Of a stretch of 20,000 bases of DNA, positions 16,476 through 20,000 are shown piece after piece. Origin of the DNA: an uncultured virus (IMG/VR IMGVR_UViG_3300009068_000031) (lineage: Duplodnaviria; Heunggongvirae; Uroviricota; Caudoviricetes). How positions within the stretch are numbered: the first letter of the stretch is position 1; the number at the start of each line of letters is the position of its first letter. Made by a program: the position numbers and the translations under genes. The notes under the pieces are model-generated. The model was not told the DNA's origin and made no database searches. It saw only the letters and a program-made list of their open reading frames with translations. The DNA is taken from IMG/VR virus record IMGVR_UViG_3300009068_000031, positions 57,630-77,629 of that record, one strand, 5' to 3'.

Positions 16476-16983
16476 TGTCCACAGGATAATCGCCCTTGTA
16501 TTCACTCCAATCTGTATAGGTTTTTTTGGTCATCAATTTGTCCAAATCATGTGTCCAAACTCCTGTATTGGTAGCACCCCACGTGACGTCATCCAGTTTG
16601 ATCACTGTGTTTGAGTTGAATGTTTTGATGTTGGGTATTTTCACAGATATCATATTGATAAAATGATGGTTCTTATGCCAATTCATTCTTGATACCATTT
16701 CTGCATATTGCACATCATAATCCAATGTGACCCAAAGACCCAAATCTAATAATTTGTTAATAATATTGTTCCAATCTCTCCAATCTTCTTCTGTCTCTGG
16801 AGTAAAACTTTGACTGGTGCCTAAATACACGTGTGCCACAGCAGTTTTTTGAGTATACCTCACAATGTCCACCACGTTTTGTACACCCACCACAAATAAA
16901 GTTATTTGATGTTTCATAGCAGTGTTCTCCACTTCTTTGCCTATGAAAAATTTTACTTTTTTTCTCGATTGTGTGTCCAACAT
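16462..16983 (-). CDS. Hypothetical alpha/beta protein in the deazaguanine cluster
   Basis: Start re-called to MLDTQS at 16983 (TAATG overlap). FFIGKEVENT...TLFVVG...HVYLGTSQSF...KLDD...TNTGVW...YTDWSEY motifs. Confidence 0.8.
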   Translation of the reverse strand: MLDTQSRKKVKFFIGKEVENTAMKHQITLFVVGVQNVVDIVRYTQKTAVAHVYLGTSQSFTPETEEDWRDWNNIINKLLDLGLWVTLDYDVQYAEMVSRMNWHKNHHFINMISVKIPNIKTFNSNTVIKLDDVTWGATNTGVWTHDLDKLMTKKTYTDWSEYKGDYPVDIDKH

Positions 16984-17891
16984 TATTTTCTCCAATCTAT
17001 ATACCCTCTGGCATAGCCATTTTTTCTATTTGTAGCATCTGCAAATGCATTGTTCCACTCTGTGCTTCTGCTGTAACCTTTGGTCCAAAAATTGGACACA
17101 TCTAGTTTGCCTGCAGAGATTAATTCCACTGCTTCACGCATGCACTCTATAAATTTTTTATTTCTAGGACTTGGAAAGCCTACTGTTACAGCATTCCATA
17201 ATAAATCAGCAAAATTAGTGCGAATAGATTCTGTTTTTTCAGCAGCCAGTATCAACAATGCTTCAGTGTTGAACATGTTCTTGTCAAACACCTCTGATCT
17301 GTTGTTCAAATCTATAATAACATCAAACACGCCTTCAGCATTGTGAGTGAGTTTATCTCCCCAAAACTGTTTGTTGTGATTGCCCAACACAGTGATATCA
17401 AAATGATAATTTTTTATTTTTAGATAGGTGTAAACCACATAGGATAAAAATCCACTGCCTATCAGCAGCAGTCTGCTGTTGTAGTTGGCTTTGTGAGCAA
17501 TGGCAGTTTCAAATTGTTTGATCACATTAATGCCACATGCCACAGGTTCCACAATGTATTTGGGATCTGCTGTGGGAACTTTAACATAAGTTTCAAAATC
17601 ACAATTGTAAATATCAGCATAAGCAGGTTCACCTCTGGTAGCCACATGATCTCCCACCTGAACATCTCGCACATGAGCACCCACTTGTGTGACCTGAGCC
17701 AATCCTTCATGACCTTGCATGTTTAATGGTAATGTTTTGAATTTGCCCAACATCATGTCCACATCACTGCGACATACTCCTGTCATGATATTTTTTACTT
17801 GAATCTGATTATCTTTCACTGCAGGAATGTCAATGGTTCCTTCATGAAACATGCCATCTCCTTTGGTGTATAACAGTTTAGTTTCAGTCAT
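16983..17891 (-). CDS. Zn-dependent medium-chain dehydrogenase (threonine/sorbitol DH-like)
   Basis: GVCRSD, GHEG, VGDHV, EPVAC and Rossmann IGSGFLS motifs; no four-Cys structural Zn lobe. Confidence 0.88.
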   Translation of the reverse strand: MTETKLLYTKGDGMFHEGTIDIPAVKDNQIQVKNIMTGVCRSDVDMMLGKFKTLPLNMQGHEGLAQVTQVGAHVRDVQVGDHVATRGEPAYADIYNCDFETYVKVPTADPKYIVEPVACGINVIKQFETAIAHKANYNSRLLLIGSGFLSYVVYTYLKIKNYHFDITVLGNHNKQFWGDKLTHNAEGVFDVIIDLNNRSEVFDKNMFNTEALLILAAEKTESIRTNFADLLWNAVTVGFPSPRNKKFIECMREAVELISAGKLDVSNFWTKGYSRSTEWNNAFADATNRKNGYARGYIDWRK

Positions 17892-18771
17892 TGATTAAAT
17901 TATGAATCCACACATCATACTGCTTGTGTTGATTCCAAAACTCTTCATGGTTAATATTATTGAAAACATCTTGAATCATTGCAGCATAAGCTGATTCAGG
18001 ACATAATCCTAGTTCAAAACTTTTAATTAATTTTTCTCTTTTATAACAGTGCAGTGCTCTGTCATCTTTGTCCATACTGCGCCAATCAGCAGTAAGTTTG
18101 AATGTTTTTTTACCGTTATTGAACACCATTTCAGCCCAATCATCCACATCATATGTGCCATCTAAATTTACTGCACCATATTCTGTATCAGTAAGATCAC
18201 TTAATTTCCAATTTTGTTTACGATTGGAAGAAACTATTTGATATTGAGAATATGTATCAGGATTCAACCAGATGAACATACTCAATAAATGTGGCATAAG
18301 ATCTCTGCTGACTCCACCAAATGATAATTTCTTATCAGTAAACCAGCTGCCTGGTGCTGGCACTCTGTTGCGATTGATCCAGTTAATGTGTACTTCTTCA
18401 GCATCATCTATTCTAATACGCATTTCTTCTTCCACTGTGCGCCACATATTGTTTTTCATCATGATAAATTTAGCGTTTGGATATGTGAGTTGAAGACTCT
18501 GCCATCTTTTAGAATTAAGCACTCCTGGTTTTTCTACAAATACCACTCTACTGTGTGGTGCAACTGTTTGAGCTATTGAATCATGTGTATAATTAGGAGT
18601 GCATATGAACACTGCATCCAATTTGGGATGAGCCAATAGAGCTGTTTTTAAATTTGTGAATGTGGCTTGTTTGTTTTGATCAGGATCCACTGTGAATACT
18701 GTATGACCCAACTGTGTTAAGACTCTAACATACAATTGTCCAATACCCAATCCTATAACCAATGTTTTCAT
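17884..18771 (-). CDS. Gfo/Idh/MocA family oxidoreductase
   Basis: VIGLGIG, ICTPNYTH, VEKP, GGVSRDLMPH and VDD motifs. Confidence 0.88.
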   Translation of the reverse strand: MKTLVIGLGIGQLYVRVLTQLGHTVFTVDPDQNKQATFTNLKTALLAHPKLDAVFICTPNYTHDSIAQTVAPHSRVVFVEKPGVLNSKRWQSLQLTYPNAKFIMMKNNMWRTVEEEMRIRIDDAEEVHINWINRNRVPAPGSWFTDKKLSFGGVSRDLMPHLLSMFIWLNPDTYSQYQIVSSNRKQNWKLSDLTDTEYGAVNLDGTYDVDDWAEMVFNNGKKTFKLTADWRSMDKDDRALHCYKREKLIKSFELGLCPESAYAAMIQDVFNNINHEEFWNQHKQYDVWIHNLIND

Positions 18772-18962
18772 GCTTTTAATTGTTTTCTGTATTCTTCTAT
18801 CTGTGTTTTGATTGCCAGTTTAATTTTCTTATAATTCTTTAATAATGCTTTACTCTCCCAACTTCTATCATGTTCTCGCTCTTGTTCCATTTCTTCAGTT
18901 TTTCTATGATAGTAATCAAACTCATGTTCTAATTTCTTTAAACTTTTATTTTTCTTACTCAT
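18768..18962 (-). CDS. Small coiled-coil protein (DUF465-like spacing)
   Basis: Start re-called to MSKKNK at 18962 (GAGGAGGT SD at 18968-18975). 64 aa, with LKNYKKIKLAIKTQI. Confidence 0.7.
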   Translation of the reverse strand: MSKKNKSLKKLEHEFDYYHRKTEEMEQEREHDRSWESKALLKNYKKIKLAIKTQIEEYRKQLKA

Positions 18963-18963
18963 A

Positions 18964-20000
18964 TTATACCTCCTCAAATAAGTTAGAAAACTGTGTTGAA
19001 GCATTCACTGTTTTTTTGCCTGTGGCGCCTCTGGTACCTATGATACTCATCCAAAATCTGCTGTATTCCTCAATCACTGCTTCTGCTGTGTCTCTGTTGT
19101 CTGTGGCAAATATTGCTTCCACTATGTCTTTGAATGCCACTTTATCAAACTTTTCTTCCACCAACATGCGTGGAGTTAATCCTGCATCATACTGTCTGTT
19201 GGCTTCTTGCACAGCATTGATGTGTGTCCAAACATTGTGTGCCATTTGTAAGGTATAACTGAATGAATCCCAAGATGTTTTGGGATCACCGCCCACTTTG
19301 TTTTTATCTCCTGGAGCATAACAAGTGACATCTTTCAACTGTAATCTTTTACTGATAGGACTGTCTTGAAAATTGTCAAATATCTTTTCTTGTAACACAG
19401 CATCTCTAAATGCTCTGGTGTCACCGGCATATTTTTTATCATCTATGCTGGCAGCCATTCTATATGACCATTTTTGTTTGTCTCTGACATCCACTTCTGT
19501 GTAAATTTGTCCATTGGCTGATGCTAAGAAAGGTGAAGCACAATCAAATGACACAGTAAAGTTTGGATTGTGATATTTTCTTACTGCTCTTTGGATGTCT
19601 GTCAATAGTACTGCCCATTCCAGTTTGGATGTGCCTAAAAAGTGCATCCAATCATGAATGCCTTTTTCTAATAAACCATCAAATCTTAATGCCACTAATC
19701 TTTTCAATATAAGATGCACATCACACATGTTCTGACCACCCATTGCCCAACCATTAAAGTGAGTTGTGGGATATTTTTTAGGATCGCAGTAATCTTTCAT
19801 CTGCTGATACCAATCATCTGCTTGTTGAAAGTTTTCACCTTGCAGCACATTTAAAAACTTACAAGCACCTGTTCTAGTCTTCATGAAGTAATCATTATTG
19901 ATTCTTGTGCCATCCACTGCTTCCTGATAGGAGTTGATATTGCTGGCTTTGGCACCTTCTGGAGAACGTGAAACCCATGCTGGAATATCCAATATCATAC
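18964..20000 (-). CDS. dpdA: tRNA-guanine-transglycosylase-fold protein, DpdA-like (5' end outside window)
   Basis: TGT-order motifs LDIP, LNVLQG, GWAMGG, HFLG, SFDCASP. The frame is open to the window edge and the first catalytic DSGG motif is not in view. Co-located with folE, queE and the T-fold gene. Confidence 0.75.
   Translation of the reverse strand, partial: MILDIPAWVSRSPEGAKASNINSYQEAVDGTRINNDYFMKTRTGACKFLNVLQGENFQQADDWYQQMKDYCDPKKYPTTHFNGWAMGGQNMCDVHLILKRLVALRFDGLLEKGIHDWMHFLGTSKLEWAVLLTDIQRAVRKYHNPNFTVSFDCASPFLASANGQIYTEVDVRDKQKWSYRMAASIDDKKYAGDTRAFRDAVLQEKIFDNFQDSPISKRLQLKDVTCYAPGDKNKVGGDPKTSWDSFSYTLQMAHNVWTHINAVQEANRQYDAGLTPRMLVEEKFDKVAFKDIVEAIFATDNRDTAEAVIEEYSRFWMSIIGTRGATGKKTVNASTQFSNLFEEV

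Noticed and set aside
2119..19258. Numerous + strand ORFs in the track (e.g. 2541-3098, 5519-5953, 18845-19258) and short nested - strand ORFs
   Set aside because: They are antisense or out-of-frame shadows of well-supported genes, without motifs or RBS.
1..20000. Stop-codon reassignment (alternative genetic code)
   Set aside because: Recognisable genes are full length in the standard code, and TAA, TAG and TGA all end genes that abut the next start.
10378..20000. Ordinary bacterial queuosine tRNA operon
   Set aside because: No queC, queF or queA in view; the TGT-like protein lacks the bacterial zinc site; and the context is phage (rnh, tail fibre, late promoter).

Overview
AT-rich, densely coded segment that reads as part of a large lytic tailed (T4-superfamily-like) phage genome. 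It has a T4-type RNase H/5'-3' exonuclease, an Mtd-N-type tail-fibre gene preceded by an exact TATAAATA late-promoter box, a MoxR AAA+/VWA-metallopeptidase pair and many conserved-looking hypotheticals. The left 2 kb is a + strand cassette: a partial CDS, a degenerate kinase-fold protein and an MJ0619/Tes-like radical SAM enzyme. Everything else is on the - strand. The right half (about 10.4-20 kb) is a tightly coupled 7-deazaguanine-type cluster: a TGT/DpdA-like transglycosylase (cut by the window edge), FolE, QueE with an unusual Cx3Cx38C motif, and a QueD-paralog T-fold protein with LxxxHRHxF (DpdL-like). No QueC or canonical QueD is present in the window. Interleaved with these genes are a GT4-type glycosyltransferase, two sugar-type oxidoreductases, a purine phosphoribosyltransferase, a HIT hydrolase and two SGNH proteins. 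This is the best candidate for an undescribed system, possibly a sugar-decorated or otherwise hypermodified deazaguanine in phage DNA. Three near-consensus sigma70 promoters with extended -10 elements and several TAAATA boxes punctuate the - strand. All calls come from motif reading only; no database searches were run.
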